Shown: positions 1 to 9,905 of the stretch, one piece after another
Position numbering within the stretch: the first letter of the stretch is position 1
Layout of the letters: each line of letters begins with the position of its first letter
Assembly (NCBI GenBank): GCA_036649855.1
Contig: JAVWAV010000003.1
Span: 10,286 to 74,285 of the forward strand
Source of the DNA: Bacilli bacterium
Lineage (GTDB): Bacteria > Bacillota_I > Bacilli_A > RFN20 > CAG-826
Length of the DNA stretch: 64,000 nucleotides
Direction: 5' to 3'
Notes under the pieces: model-generated
The model's database searches: none
Told to the model about the DNA's origin: nothing
Seen by the model: only the letters and a program-made list of their open reading frames with translations
Translations under genes and position numbers: made by a program

Positions 1-193
1 AATTATTAATTTGAGTATCAATAGTGAATGGATGATATGTATTGACATATTTTGCAAAAGAAATAGTTCCAGAACTACTTCTTTCACCGATATTAAAAGA
101 TGTAAATGGACTTATTGATTGTCTATTTGCTGAATCTTCTAAAATTTCTGATATAGTTTTGTTATTTACTATATATTGATTATACTCTGCCAT
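1..193 (-). CDS. hypothetical protein, 3' end cut by window edge (gene downstream of tail fibre)
   Basis: ATG at 191-193 preceded by GGAGAG; frame stays open to position 1 (MAEYNQYIVNNKTISEILEDS...). Confidence 0.5.
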   Translation of the reverse strand, partial: MAEYNQYIVNNKTISEILEDSANRQSISPFTSFNIGERSSSGTISFAKYVNTYHPFTIDTQINN

Positions 194-205
194 TTACAAC
201 TCTCC

Positions 206-1252
206 TTATTTATTTTCTAAATCATTAATTCTTCTATTTAACTTCTTAATATACTCCCACAATACATATATAATTCTGTTTTCTTTTACTCTTAAATATC
301 CTTCCTCATCTGCTGATACAAATTTAGAATTTCCTATGGAAATATTTTCAATATCTTGTGCAATTATACCTATATTTTCTTCTTGAGAATTGAGATACTT
401 AAATCTTCTAATTTCTGTTTCTTCAACGAATTGTTTTATAGAATTCTCATCTTCAAATGATAATTCACAGATATCTTTTTTCTTTCTCTTGTCTGAAGTT
501 GCATAAAATGAATTTGCTTGAACATAACTATTAGTTCCGTTTGCAATCATATTTTGAGCATATAATGTTCCTGCTTGTTGATATACTCCTGAATTTACTT
601 TTAGTGCATTATATCCACTTGTTGTATCTGAACCTGTTAAATATATTTTTGAAGTTGATGCTGCGATATTACTTCTCTCTGTATTTGTAACACTATTTCC
701 AGATAATGCAATTTGTAAAGGTCCTATACTATTTGTTTGTGATAATGTTAATGTAATTCCATTTACAGTAGATGTTAACTGAGCACTTCCTAGGATGCTT
801 CCTAATTGTCCAGAAGTGATAGCATAATCTGCAATTTTTGCAGTTGTTACTGCCTTACTATCTATTTTTCTTGTAACTACTTCGTTATCATTTAGAAATT
901 TTCCATTTGCAAATATTTGTGATAGGTTTACAACATGAGTATCTAAATCAGTTTCACCTGTGTATGTTGTTCCAATACCATTTGTTGCCATATAGGTATA
1001 TCCATTATCACTTGTTTTAGAGTTTCTCATTGCAAGAATTTCTGCTAAAACTGTTGACATAAATGTAGACTGTCTTATCGCAGTATTATATATAATACTA
1101 TACGATATTCCTACTTTAGCACCATCACTTCTATCTGTTAAAGACTGCCATGTTGTATCTGGATAATAATATCCAAGTGTAGTGCTATGTTGCTCAGTAA
1201 CAGACTCTGTTGCGTCTTCTGCAAAGATTGATATTTTGTTATTTGAATTCAT
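206..1252 (-). CDS. tail fibre protein with C-terminal intramolecular-chaperone (peptidase S74-like) domain
   Basis: The last ~90 aa (..YATSDKRKKKDI..NIGIIAQDIE..YIKKLNRRINDLENK) resemble the auto-cleaving chaperone domain of phage tail fibres/endosialidases. The gene lies distal to the baseplate genes. Confidence 0.7.
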   Translation of the reverse strand: MNSNNKISIFAEDATESVTEQHSTTLGYYYPDTTWQSLTDRSDGAKVGISYSIIYNTAIRQSTFMSTVLAEILAMRNSKTSDNGYTYMATNGIGTTYTGETDLDTHVVNLSQIFANGKFLNDNEVVTRKIDSKAVTTAKIADYAITSGQLGSILGSAQLTSTVNGITLTLSQTNSIGPLQIALSGNSVTNTERSNIAASTSKIYLTGSDTTSGYNALKVNSGVYQQAGTLYAQNMIANGTNSYVQANSFYATSDKRKKKDICELSFEDENSIKQFVEETEIRRFKYLNSQEENIGIIAQDIENISIGNSKFVSADEEGYLRVKENRIIYVLWEYIKKLNRRINDLENK

Positions 1253-1265
1253 TTCTTATTCCTCC

Positions 1266-2156
1266 CTATTTAATAACAGTGGTATCTGCCCACTTACCTC
1301 TATCCCATCCTTGAATTCCATATCCAATAGATTCATCATAGATATCTTGTCCATTAACAACAGTTCCTTTATTCATCCATCCTGTTGTATTATTGATGTA
1401 ACTCCAACCATTATCTTCTGCATCCGTTATTGTTATTCCTAGAACTAATTCAGAAGAACTGTAACCTAATTCTACTGCTTTTGCATATAATGCTTCTTGA
1501 GTTACATTTAATGTCGCTAAGTTAATTGATCCTATTATATTTATAACATCATGAATATCGTGTCCGAAATACATGTTATTGTTAAGAATATAATTTACTA
1601 CAATTCCTACACCTGTTATATTAGGTAGAACATATTGTTCCAACATTTCTCTTGACCAAATATCGTTTGTTCCTGTGATATCCATTTGGACAGTCATTGG
1701 AGTTTGTGAAACACTTGAATTACTATAATCTGTTATTTCACATTTTATTATTGAACTAAATATATTTACTAATTTAGATAAAGACTCTCTATTTGCTGTA
1801 GATGTTCTTTTTAATCCATTCCCTAATATTGCTATTTTTAATTGTTGTTCGTATAATTCTTGATCCACTGTTCCGTTTTCTTTCAAAGATTTTTCAATAC
1901 ATATGTCTAATCTTTCTGCGATCTTTTTAAGTATGTCTCCTGTTGCATCTGTTATATTTAATTTATTTAAGATATATTCTACAGTGTCTACAGAAGATTG
2001 AATATAGTTACTAAATATCTTCATCAGATCTATAAATTTAGGATACTCTCTTATATATACAGGAATTAGACGAGTATATTTATTTTCTTTTCGATACTTT
2101 TCATCGAAATCAGAATTTTCAAATACATCATTATTCGTGCTTTGATATACTACCAT
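1266..2156 (-). CDS. baseplate/tail-fibre-associated protein (XkdU/DUF2612-like position)
   Basis: Directly follows the baseplate J-like gene, as in PBSX-type tail modules. Similarity is judged by eye only. Confidence 0.4.
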   Translation of the reverse strand: MVVYQSTNNDVFENSDFDEKYRKENKYTRLIPVYIREYPKFIDLMKIFSNYIQSSVDTVEYILNKLNITDATGDILKKIAERLDICIEKSLKENGTVDQELYEQQLKIAILGNGLKRTSTANRESLSKLVNIFSSIIKCEITDYSNSSVSQTPMTVQMDITGTNDIWSREMLEQYVLPNITGVGIVVNYILNNNMYFGHDIHDVINIIGSINLATLNVTQEALYAKAVELGYSSSELVLGITITDAEDNGWSYINNTTGWMNKGTVVNGQDIYDESIGYGIQGWDRGKWADTTVIK

Positions 2157-2171
2157 TTAATTCCTCCTTAC

Positions 2172-3575
2172 TTAACTAATTAAATTCCAAGTTATTGCAA
2201 TATCTGTGCTATCCACTGCAACTGTTGGATATTCATTTTCTGCCACTGTAATTCTCTTTCCAGAAACAGGATTTACTGTTGTATTCACAAATAATGTATC
2301 AATATCAATAACTAAATCTTTATAATCATTACTCTGAACTACTGCAAAAACTGCAGAAGATAGACCACTATTTAATACATCATTTCCAATACCTAAATTA
2401 TTTATATAATTTCCAATATTTTGTCTTATTTGATATTCTATTGAATCTCTTTGTGTTCCAGGTCCAATTGTAGAATCTAGTGTTATTGCTACATAGCAAT
2501 CTTTCTTCGATGCTCTACTAAACTTTATGTCATATGTTGTTGAATCAATAGTTATTTGAACTGCAATTTGTCCTTCTCCTGTTGAAGCATTATAATTTTG
2601 ATATGCTGTTGGAATTGATGTTCCACAACCAAGAGACTTAAAACTCAATATAGTTTGTGCAATTTTAATATCTTCATCGTCTGTGCTGTAAGTTCCTGTT
2701 CCATCCCATGAACTTTGTCCGTCTACTATTGTCCAAATTGAATGTGGAGTCATTCCATTAGCAGCAGTTTCTGATGAATTATTTTCTATTATATGACAAT
2801 AATTCACATCTGCATTGTTTTCTACTTGTGCTATTAGTCCATCTGTAGTTCCAATTGATTCTTTATATAATTCTTTCTTATATCTTGCTCTCAATTGTGC
2901 ATCTGTTTCTTCCTGATTTCCCAATGATGAACCTACTTCATTTATAAAAGTAATTCCAGATGGAATAGATTGTGTGATAATAGTCATATCTGTATTAGTT
3001 CCATTATTATATGGATTTAATACTATATTTGTAGGATCTGTATTTTCATCTGTTGCTACAAATGTTGCAGTTCCTACATAATTTTCTTGATCTGAACCTG
3101 ATTGTATATTCTTATATTTCTCAATAGATAATATAGATGTATTTATCCATTTATTATTATTAGAGTCTTGAAGTGTTATCTCTCCAATTTGAAGAATATA
3201 TGGTCTTTCAATAGCACTATTCTGATCTATGGTTGCCTTTATCAAAACTGTGCTATTTTGTTCTGCCTTTCTTGTAATACCTACAAATGATACAACATTA
3301 TCTAGATTTGTTCCTGCTGCACCTGTAAAGGACAGTGTATTATATAATTTCTGCGTTGCACCTCCAACTTCTGCTAAACTCCCTGCTAACAAGTCTAAAA
3401 ATGAATACCACTCATTTCCTTGTTCTATAACATAATCTTCTCCATATGCTATTTTAGTAAGTGAAATTAAATCTTCTAATATTTCTCCTTTGGATGAAAC
3501 AGTCAATCCCAAAGAATTATCATAATTCATTACACTATTTATAGTTATTTCATCCATCTGATTATACCTCCACAT
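2172..3575 (-). CDS. baseplate J-like wedge protein
   Basis: 467 aa; size, position (after a gp25/W-like gene) and N-terminal region are typical of the Baseplate_J family. Confidence 0.6.
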   Translation of the reverse strand: MWRYNQMDEITINSVMNYDNSLGLTVSSKGEILEDLISLTKIAYGEDYVIEQGNEWYSFLDLLAGSLAEVGGATQKLYNTLSFTGAAGTNLDNVVSFVGITRKAEQNSTVLIKATIDQNSAIERPYILQIGEITLQDSNNNKWINTSILSIEKYKNIQSGSDQENYVGTATFVATDENTDPTNIVLNPYNNGTNTDMTIITQSIPSGITFINEVGSSLGNQEETDAQLRARYKKELYKESIGTTDGLIAQVENNADVNYCHIIENNSSETAANGMTPHSIWTIVDGQSSWDGTGTYSTDDEDIKIAQTILSFKSLGCGTSIPTAYQNYNASTGEGQIAVQITIDSTTYDIKFSRASKKDCYVAITLDSTIGPGTQRDSIEYQIRQNIGNYINNLGIGNDVLNSGLSSAVFAVVQSNDYKDLVIDIDTLFVNTTVNPVSGKRITVAENEYPTVAVDSTDIAITWNLIS

Positions 3576-3900
3576 TTATTACCGAACTTGCAGTAGTTAA
3601 TACTATTGCGTTCGCTATGTATTTTTTATTTACAATTTTGCTACTAAATTTATTTATTTCCCCAACTCCTGTAGTATTATTTATAATATCCATAATTGTT
3701 AAATCTCTCTCTTCTCCACTAGACATCTTTAGAGGAATTCCTAATAAAATATTATACAGAACTTCTCCTCGAATTATACTACATCTTGCTTCTATATTAT
3801 TTCTAACTATTTCTGTTATTTCTGATGTGCAACTAGATATATCAAAATCTTTTTGAATAATTCCATCTACTGTTGTTCTAGTTATATTGTGACTTTTCAA
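3562..3900 (-). CDS. small baseplate wedge protein (gp25/gpW/XkdS-like)
   Basis: 112 aa, TTG start, overlaps the J-like gene. Call rests on synteny with PBSX/P2-type baseplates. Confidence 0.4.
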   Translation of the reverse strand: MKSHNITRTTVDGIIQKDFDISSCTSEITEIVRNNIEARCSIIRGEVLYNILLGIPLKMSSGEERDLTIMDIINNTTGVGEINKFSSKIVNKKYIANAIVLTTASSVINVEV

Positions 3901-3914
3901 AGTGAACTCCTCCC

Positions 3915-3950
3915 CTAATTAGTATAACTGTATAATTTACAAATATTCTT
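3915..3950 (-). promoter_or_regulatory. candidate phage promoter (AGTTATACTAATTAG motif, copy 1)
   Basis: The minus strand reads AGTTATACTAATTAG immediately 5' of GGGAGG and the TTG start at 3900. The identical 15-mer occurs at 25868-25882 and 30576-30590. Confidence 0.45.
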
Positions 3951-4589
3951 CTATCTTGCATACACTAATACAGAACAATTATTTGGAGTGATTGTATATA
4001 CTCCATCTGAATTTACTAAATCTGCATGTCTTACAGTTCCATCATTTACAATTATTCTATACTGTGTGGTAGTTTGTATATCATAAACTACACTGTCCAT
4101 TTGAATTCCTGCATAAATTAATACCATTTTAATTTGTGAATATCCTTCAAATGTTTCTGTTAATGTTGATGTTGCTGAATAAGTTCCTATTAAATCCCAT
4201 TCTTCTTTATTATTAATTAATATTGCAACACAATTAGATATACTGTGTTTTCCTGCATTGGATTCTAAAAATTCATTATTCGATATTGTATTTAAATTTA
4301 TTGAGTCATTAGATCTATCTAAGTGAACACATATAACATAATCATTTATTTTTGGATATTGTCCTAGTATATAGTTGATATTATGTAATTCTGGAAGTTG
4401 TATGAACTTGCTTCCTGTAATAGTGTTTATTTCTTCTGTTATAATTGGTTTTACATTTATAGTTCTATCATTATTTACAGATATAACTCTGCATAATGTT
4501 CCAACTCTTAAATCATTCATAACTTTATTCACAGTATTATTGAATAATACATTAAAGTTTTCTGTTATCACTCCTTGAGATTGTCTCAT
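3951..4589 (-). CDS. baseplate spike/plug-like protein (gpV/XkdR-like position)
   Basis: 212 aa. The N-terminal stretch VGTLCRVISVNNDRTINVKPII looks like an OB-fold plug. Call is mainly by synteny. Confidence 0.35.
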   Translation of the reverse strand: MRQSQGVITENFNVLFNNTVNKVMNDLRVGTLCRVISVNNDRTINVKPIITEEINTITGSKFIQLPELHNINYILGQYPKINDYVICVHLDRSNDSINLNTISNNEFLESNAGKHSISNCVAILINNKEEWDLIGTYSATSTLTETFEGYSQIKMVLIYAGIQMDSVVYDIQTTTQYRIIVNDGTVRHADLVNSDGVYTITPNNCSVLVYAR

Positions 4590-5533
4590 TCTGTATCCTC
4601 CAAATAATACTGTCTAGCAAGTGCTCTAACATTCATTTTTGACTCTTCTGGACCGTTTGTAACATGCGTTTCTATTCTTGTCACAACATATAATCCATTT
4701 TCGTCATATTCTGCACCTGCTGATGCTTTTCCTTCAAATCCTTCTTGTGCATTTCCTATAAATTCATTTGAAATTAAAACAGTGCTGTATATTCTCATGT
4801 TTGGATTAATCAAACATTCAAATGAGAGTCCATCATCTTCTAATGTTGGAAGTCCTATTAATCCAGATGCTGAGGATAACTTGCCCTTTTCATCTACACC
4901 TGACATAACTATTACTTCTGACTCTGCATTTTCAGTGGATGTAATCATATATACTTTTCCCATATTATGCATGAATATTATATTTCCTACACTTTCTGCA
5001 ATTTCTTGAAGTAATGTCATTTGACTTCCATAGAGAGATTTATCATTTTTATATACATAAGATTTCAAAATTTCAGAACAAACTAATGGTATTTGAACTT
5101 CTCCTTCACTTGCAATTCTCATTGCTGTATCATATAATGTTGTTCCTGCAGGAATATACCCACTAAAAAATCCATAATTATATGCGTCTCCTAGTTCGTA
5201 TGCATACATCACTGTTAAAGAAGTTTCTGGAGATGGTCTCTGAGTTATCATTCTTTGTAATGTTCCTTCAAATATCTTTCCTAGAGTTCCTCCATTAAAA
5301 TCTCTGTATCCAAATTCAACTGTTATGTATTTATATTCGTCTGTTTTAATTATATTTCTAGTATATTTATCTAAATTATTTATCTTAAGAACTAAGGATG
5401 TTCTTGTTTGATTTGGCATGCATACAATATCTGCTTCACTGACTAATGCTTTATTTCCCAATGTATGATCTACGAGTGTAATACTTGAACCTGCATCATT
5501 TTTTATTTTAACATCTAATAATCTTCCAAACAT
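4586..5533 (-). CDS. baseplate hub-like protein (XkdQ/gpD-like position)
   Basis: 315 aa, overlapping start/stop with neighbours, located between the tape-measure-distal genes and the spike. Confidence 0.4.
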   Translation of the reverse strand: MFGRLLDVKIKNDAGSSITLVDHTLGNKALVSEADIVCMPNQTRTSLVLKINNLDKYTRNIIKTDEYKYITVEFGYRDFNGGTLGKIFEGTLQRMITQRPSPETSLTVMYAYELGDAYNYGFFSGYIPAGTTLYDTAMRIASEGEVQIPLVCSEILKSYVYKNDKSLYGSQMTLLQEIAESVGNIIFMHNMGKVYMITSTENAESEVIVMSGVDEKGKLSSASGLIGLPTLEDDGLSFECLINPNMRIYSTVLISNEFIGNAQEGFEGKASAGAEYDENGLYVVTRIETHVTNGPEESKMNVRALARQYYLEDTE

Positions 5534-5545
5534 TCTTTTATCCTC

Positions 5546-5869
5546 CTACGAATTAGATGTCCACATCATTATATAATTTTGAATTGTTGATGCAGAAGGA
5601 TCTTTTGAATACAAATCTGTTTTCATTGGAATCACATACAAATAACCTAAATTTAATTCTGGATGTTGTTGTAATATATTTACACCTGTATACAACATCA
5701 CACTATTAATTATTGTTTCATATTTTCCATTAATAAGTCTGTCAATATTAATATAATAATTATCTAAATATGAATTATATCTCACATGAATTCTAACTTG
5801 AGAACCATTTATGCGAGTTACAAAATTATATTGTTTATATGTTCTAAATTGTATTATTTTAATTCTCAT
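5546..5869 (-). CDS. hypothetical tail/baseplate protein
   Basis: 107-aa ORF tightly packed within the tail operon. Confidence 0.5.
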   Translation of the reverse strand: MRIKIIQFRTYKQYNFVTRINGSQVRIHVRYNSYLDNYYINIDRLINGKYETIINSVMLYTGVNILQQHPELNLGYLYVIPMKTDLYSKDPSASTIQNYIMMWTSNS

Positions 5870-5871
5870 AA

Positions 5872-6555
5872 TTATCCTCCAAATACATTCTTAAAGAATC
5901 CTATGATTCCCCCTGCTACTGCTCCTATTCCTGCACCAACTGCTGTTCCAATTCCTGGAATAATACTTCCGACTGCAGCACCAATTCCTGCCCCCATTGC
6001 AACTCCTGCAAGAGTTCCTCCTACAACACTAGCACTTGTTGTTTCTGTTCCACTAGTTTCTCCTGTAGACTCTTCTGTAGAGTAATCTGCTCCTGTTTGA
6101 ACATTTAAAGTATTTACTTTAGTAGTGTATAATGTTGCTATCCTGGTTTCTTTAAATACAAGAGAGGGAGTAAATCTCGACCAATCATGCTCATTTTCTC
6201 TCCAACTAATACTATTTAGAACCATATTCTTGAATTGTCCATGAACAGTTTGTATATCTAATTGAATGGCATTATTCAACCATGTGTTAAATAATTCTTT
6301 TAGAGATTCGTAAGATAAGTTTGTTGTAACTCCATATTGATCTATGTAATAAGATTTTTTCATATTGTTATACCCATCGCTCATCATTGAAAAATTTAAT
6401 GTATCTGGATTTCTATAAGAATGATCTGAGATATATCCTCCTTCTGGTATAGGATATTCTGTTAGTGTTGCAGTCTTGCTAGGAGATATTTCTTTAATTC
6501 CAATTAAATAATATGTTATATTTGAACTATTATCTTTTATAAATACTGTTTCCAT
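5872..6555 (-). CDS. tail protein with C-terminal glycine-zipper membrane segment
   Basis: The C-terminus GGTLAGVAMGAGIGAAVGSIIPGIGTAVGAGIGAVAGGIIGFF is a GxxxG-type glycine zipper. The gene lies immediately after the tape measure gene. Confidence 0.55.
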   Translation of the reverse strand: METVFIKDNSSNITYYLIGIKEISPSKTATLTEYPIPEGGYISDHSYRNPDTLNFSMMSDGYNNMKKSYYIDQYGVTTNLSYESLKELFNTWLNNAIQLDIQTVHGQFKNMVLNSISWRENEHDWSRFTPSLVFKETRIATLYTTKVNTLNVQTGADYSTEESTGETSGTETTSASVVGGTLAGVAMGAGIGAAVGSIIPGIGTAVGAGIGAVAGGIIGFFKNVFGG

Positions 6556-6564
6556 GAATACCTC

Positions 6565-7710
6565 CTATCGTTGTGCTGATGTTTGTTCTAGTGCAATTTG
6601 TCTTGCTAAATCTTGATTTGAACTAGAATTTCCACCATAGATGTAATAAGTGTTTGTAGATTGATTACTTGTGTTATTAGTTGTTCCTGAAGAACTTCCT
6701 GAACCAAAGAATCCTAGTATAGAAGATGCGGTATCTACAATTGAACTTAAAAATTCAATGAATGTATCAAAGAACCATTGAACTGCGTCTGATTCTAAAA
6801 ATTCTATTGATTTTTCAAAGAAATTTTCTAGTGAACCTGTTAACTTCTTAAACGACTCGCTTTCTGAAAACATCTTTAAGATTGTTGTTTGTAAATCAAT
6901 TTTCCATTTTGCTTGTTTTTCTTGATATTCATCAAGAATTGCATAATATTCTTTTAATTTTGTAGAATCAATTTTGTTCATTCCTTGTTCGTAATAATCA
7001 ATTAATTCGTCATACATTTTCTTTTGTGCACTATTCATTCTTCCTGTATCAGATTCTGATAGTCCCATCATGCTTAGTGCCGAACTCATTGCATTTGCTC
7101 TTGTAGAATTTACACCATATCTTGCCATCATATCTCTTGTAGACATGTTTCCAAATGCACCTGTTGCATTTAATTTATTTGCAACTTCTGCTTGTTTTTC
7201 TACAAGTTCCATAGAACCTGTTATTGCCTTTTTCAGAGTTGAATAGAATGCTGTTAGTGATCCTGATACTGCAGATATCTTGCTTGCAAATCCAGACATC
7301 ATTTGTTGCATATTTAATTTAGAACCAACATTTCCTTCTTGTGCTTCTAATTCAATCTGAGATTCTCGTATACTACTAAGTAATTCTTTTTTATCTCCTA
7401 GTAGTCCTTTATTTTTTTCTCCGTCTCCATTAAGCATTTGATTTATTGCATTATATCTTTCTTTATCTACTGGATTAGAAGAACCCTCAAGAGATTTCTG
7501 CATTTTTACTAATGATTCTATTTTAGACTGTAACTTGCCTGCCTCTTCCAATTGTTTCTTAAAAGAATCTTTCTTCTCTTTCCATTCGTCTGTTGATATA
7601 TTAGATGACTTAATTGCTTTACTAATATCTCCAGATGCTTTTTTCCATGCTTGAGTGTCTATATATGGTTTTAATTCATATAAATATGAACCCACTGCTT
7701 TATCTGCCAT
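6565..7710 (-). CDS. tail tape measure protein
   Basis: 381 aa, long helical/coiled-coil composition with a G/S-rich C-terminus. It is preceded by the chaperone gene with a frameshift extension. Confidence 0.7.
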   Translation of the reverse strand: MADKAVGSYLYELKPYIDTQAWKKASGDISKAIKSSNISTDEWKEKKDSFKKQLEEAGKLQSKIESLVKMQKSLEGSSNPVDKERYNAINQMLNGDGEKNKGLLGDKKELLSSIRESQIELEAQEGNVGSKLNMQQMMSGFASKISAVSGSLTAFYSTLKKAITGSMELVEKQAEVANKLNATGAFGNMSTRDMMARYGVNSTRANAMSSALSMMGLSESDTGRMNSAQKKMYDELIDYYEQGMNKIDSTKLKEYYAILDEYQEKQAKWKIDLQTTILKMFSESESFKKLTGSLENFFEKSIEFLESDAVQWFFDTFIEFLSSIVDTASSILGFFGSGSSSGTTNNTSNQSTNTYYIYGGNSSSNQDLARQIALEQTSAQR

Positions 7711-7724
7711 CTAATTATACCTCC

Positions 7725-8287
7725 TTAATTTTTCATATATTGTTCTCTTGCAATATTATTATTACTTTCGTTTACTATCATTATTTCATATAAATCCAAA
7801 ACATCCCAAACATTTAGCAGATATCTAATCTCATATAATGTTGCATATTTCTTCGCCACTAATGAATACTCCCATGCTGCTATATGTTTAGGTTTTTTTA
7901 ATTGCTCTTCATCTATTCTTGAGGAGATTCCTGAATAAAATTCTGGAATGTCTTGGACTCTGTAAAAACTGGAGCAAGCACATCTCTCTTAAAATAATAG
8001 AATAAGTCTAATGCAATAGAAGGATTACTCTCCAATTCTTTTAATTTTGCGTTTCCTTCTGCGTCTACTAATGGACTCCATGTATTATCATCTTTTGTCC
8101 ATATTGTATTTTGTAAACATTTTGTAATAAATGTATTTGCTTTCTCCCCATCAAGTCTTTCAAAGTCTACATTCTTTGTTACAAGTCCTAAATGTTCTAC
8201 TGTATTCATTTTCCTGAACTTAAATTTTATGTTCTCACATAATTTATCATAAATGATTTCCCAATATTTTTTCTTTTCTTCTTCCAT
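7725..8287 (-). CDS. tail assembly chaperone, putative -1 frameshifted long isoform
   Basis: The -1 frame is open from about 7990 to a TAA at 7725-7727, about 60 codons beyond the 0-frame stop. It ends on the tape-measure RBS. T-rich candidate slip sites lie at 7963-7969 and 7937-7940. Confidence 0.4.
7913..8287 (-). CDS. tail assembly chaperone (short isoform)
   Basis: 124-aa ORF directly upstream of the tape measure gene, with an overlapping -1 ORF. Confidence 0.6.
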   Translation of the reverse strand: MEEEKKKYWEIIYDKLCENIKFKFRKMNTVEHLGLVTKNVDFERLDGEKANTFITKCLQNTIWTKDDNTWSPLVDAEGNAKLKELESNPSIALDLFYYFKRDVLAPVFTESKTFQNFIQESPQE

Positions 8288-8302
8288 AAATATTCTCCTT
8301 AT

Positions 8303-8335
8303 TAAAAATAGTCTACACTATTTTGTGCAGACTAT
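8303..8335 (-). terminator. rho-independent terminator
   Basis: 11-bp stem (ATAGTCTGCAC/GTGTAGACTAT, one mismatch) followed by a T-run on the minus strand, after the 8368-8805 ORF. Confidence 0.55.
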
Positions 8336-8367
8336 ATTTTCTCAATAGTCGTGCACATTATATTTGA

Positions 8368-8805
8368 TTAATGATTTACCCACGCACCACTATTAATTAT
8401 CTTTCTTATTGAATTAATTCTAACAGCAACAGCAGTGCTTACTCCATATTCTCTCATATCATTTATACTTTCAACTCTTAACTCTCCATAAAATGGATGT
8501 GTTATGATATCTTCAGTTTGTAAATAATCTGGATAGATATATGAAATCATAAAACTTTCTGCTGTCCAACTACCTTGTTCTGTTCTTTTGGATTTATAAT
8601 CTCCATTTGGAACGATTGCCATTTCAAAATACACTTGTGATTCTTTTGAATTTGGACGACCCTTTTCATCAAAGTGATTTGTAATTTGTCTCTTAACACA
8701 ATATAATGCAGATGTAAGACTGAGTGCTTGTCGTAAGGACTGTAAATCTGGTTTACTATATAAATTATTTGTTGGACTATTAATTGGCATTTTCGTTACC
8801 TCCAT
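8368..8805 (-). CDS. hypothetical neck/tail-completion protein
   Basis: 145-aa ORF in the connector block between capsid and chaperone genes. Confidence 0.45.
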   Translation of the reverse strand: MEVTKMPINSPTNNLYSKPDLQSLRQALSLTSALYCVKRQITNHFDEKGRPNSKESQVYFEMAIVPNGDYKSKRTEQGSWTAESFMISYIYPDYLQTEDIITHPFYGELRVESINDMREYGVSTAVAVRINSIRKIINSGAWVNH

Positions 8806-9385
8806 TTATCCTAATTCTTGGAGTATCGCCACTTTCATATCCTATTGCAGTTTCAACTCTGTCTTCATTTGCAGGTGTTATTACCACTCTTGTATTAAAA
8901 TGAAATGTCACATCATATCTATCCCACCATTCTCCATTAATGTCTTCTGGAACATATTTTATATCACCTTCATTTAATTGATAATAACCATTCAAATTTA
9001 TATAACTTTGTGCTCTAGTCGTTCTCATAAGTGATTTTAATATTAAAGCATTATTTTGAGATTGCTCTCCATATATGTATACTGTTAATTCAATTGTTCT
9101 AATAAATGATGCTGTGTCGTCTGCTTCAACTTCAGACTGTGAGTCATTGTTAGGATCACAGACTACCTTAAAATAAATAAAATTGTCTGTGTTTGTAAAT
9201 CCTACTAATCCACTTGTTTCGCCATTCTGTGATATAAAATTGCGTCCTGTAGGATTATTTTTCTTTGTTGTTTGAAATGCAGGTCTTATATCTGATTTAT
9301 TGATATGTGGCAGTAATAATGCAATTAAATCATGCATAAAATCTTCTGTTTGAACTTTGTTCTGTATTTCTATTTTATTTGTCAT
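8780..9385 (-). CDS. hypothetical neck/tail-terminator-like protein
   Basis: 201-aa ORF in the connector block. Confidence 0.45.
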   Translation of the reverse strand: MTNKIEIQNKVQTEDFMHDLIALLLPHINKSDIRPAFQTTKKNNPTGRNFISQNGETSGLVGFTNTDNFIYFKVVCDPNNDSQSEVEADDTASFIRTIELTVYIYGEQSQNNALILKSLMRTTRAQSYINLNGYYQLNEGDIKYVPEDINGEWWDRYDVTFHFNTRVVITPANEDRVETAIGYESGDTPRIRINGGNENAN

Positions 9386-9394
9386 TATTACCTC

Positions 9395-9895
9395 CTATTT
9401 CTTAATATAGATTCCCCGAATACTAGATCTCAAAGAACCTGTATCAATCAATGGAGTCACAGGTGAATCCAAAGGTTTTCCTGCTCTTCTATTCTTAGCA
9501 TGTTGTGTTGATTTTGTATTAGGATCCCAACCATTATCTTCTCTAAAAAATGATTTCGTCCACATTTCCATTCTCTGTGCTAATGTTTCCATCAATTTGT
9601 CTACTTTACTCTCTTCTCCTGCAACAAGTGCATCGTAGATTTGATTAAATATTTCTCTGATTTTATCTATATGTCTTATTACTACAGGTTCTAATAATTT
9701 TCTTGATGGTATATTTTTTACAGGACTCCCTGCTTCCATAATTGCTAAAATTTGTGCATTATTTATAGATGCTTTTCCATCTTTACTCCTTAAATTTGCA
9801 GTTTCTTCTGGAACTCCAAACATTATTTTACCACTAAATTTCAGAATATTTTCTATTAATTCTTCATCTCCTGAGTGTTTTAATTCTAGTTCCAT
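9395..9895 (-). CDS. hypothetical head-tail joining protein
   Basis: 166-aa ORF in the connector block. Confidence 0.45.
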   Translation of the reverse strand: MELELKHSGDEELIENILKFSGKIMFGVPEETANLRSKDGKASINNAQILAIMEAGSPVKNIPSRKLLEPVVIRHIDKIREIFNQIYDALVAGEESKVDKLMETLAQRMEMWTKSFFREDNGWDPNTKSTQHAKNRRAGKPLDSPVTPLIDTGSLRSSIRGIYIKK

Positions 9896-9905
9896 TTCTT
9901 ATCTC

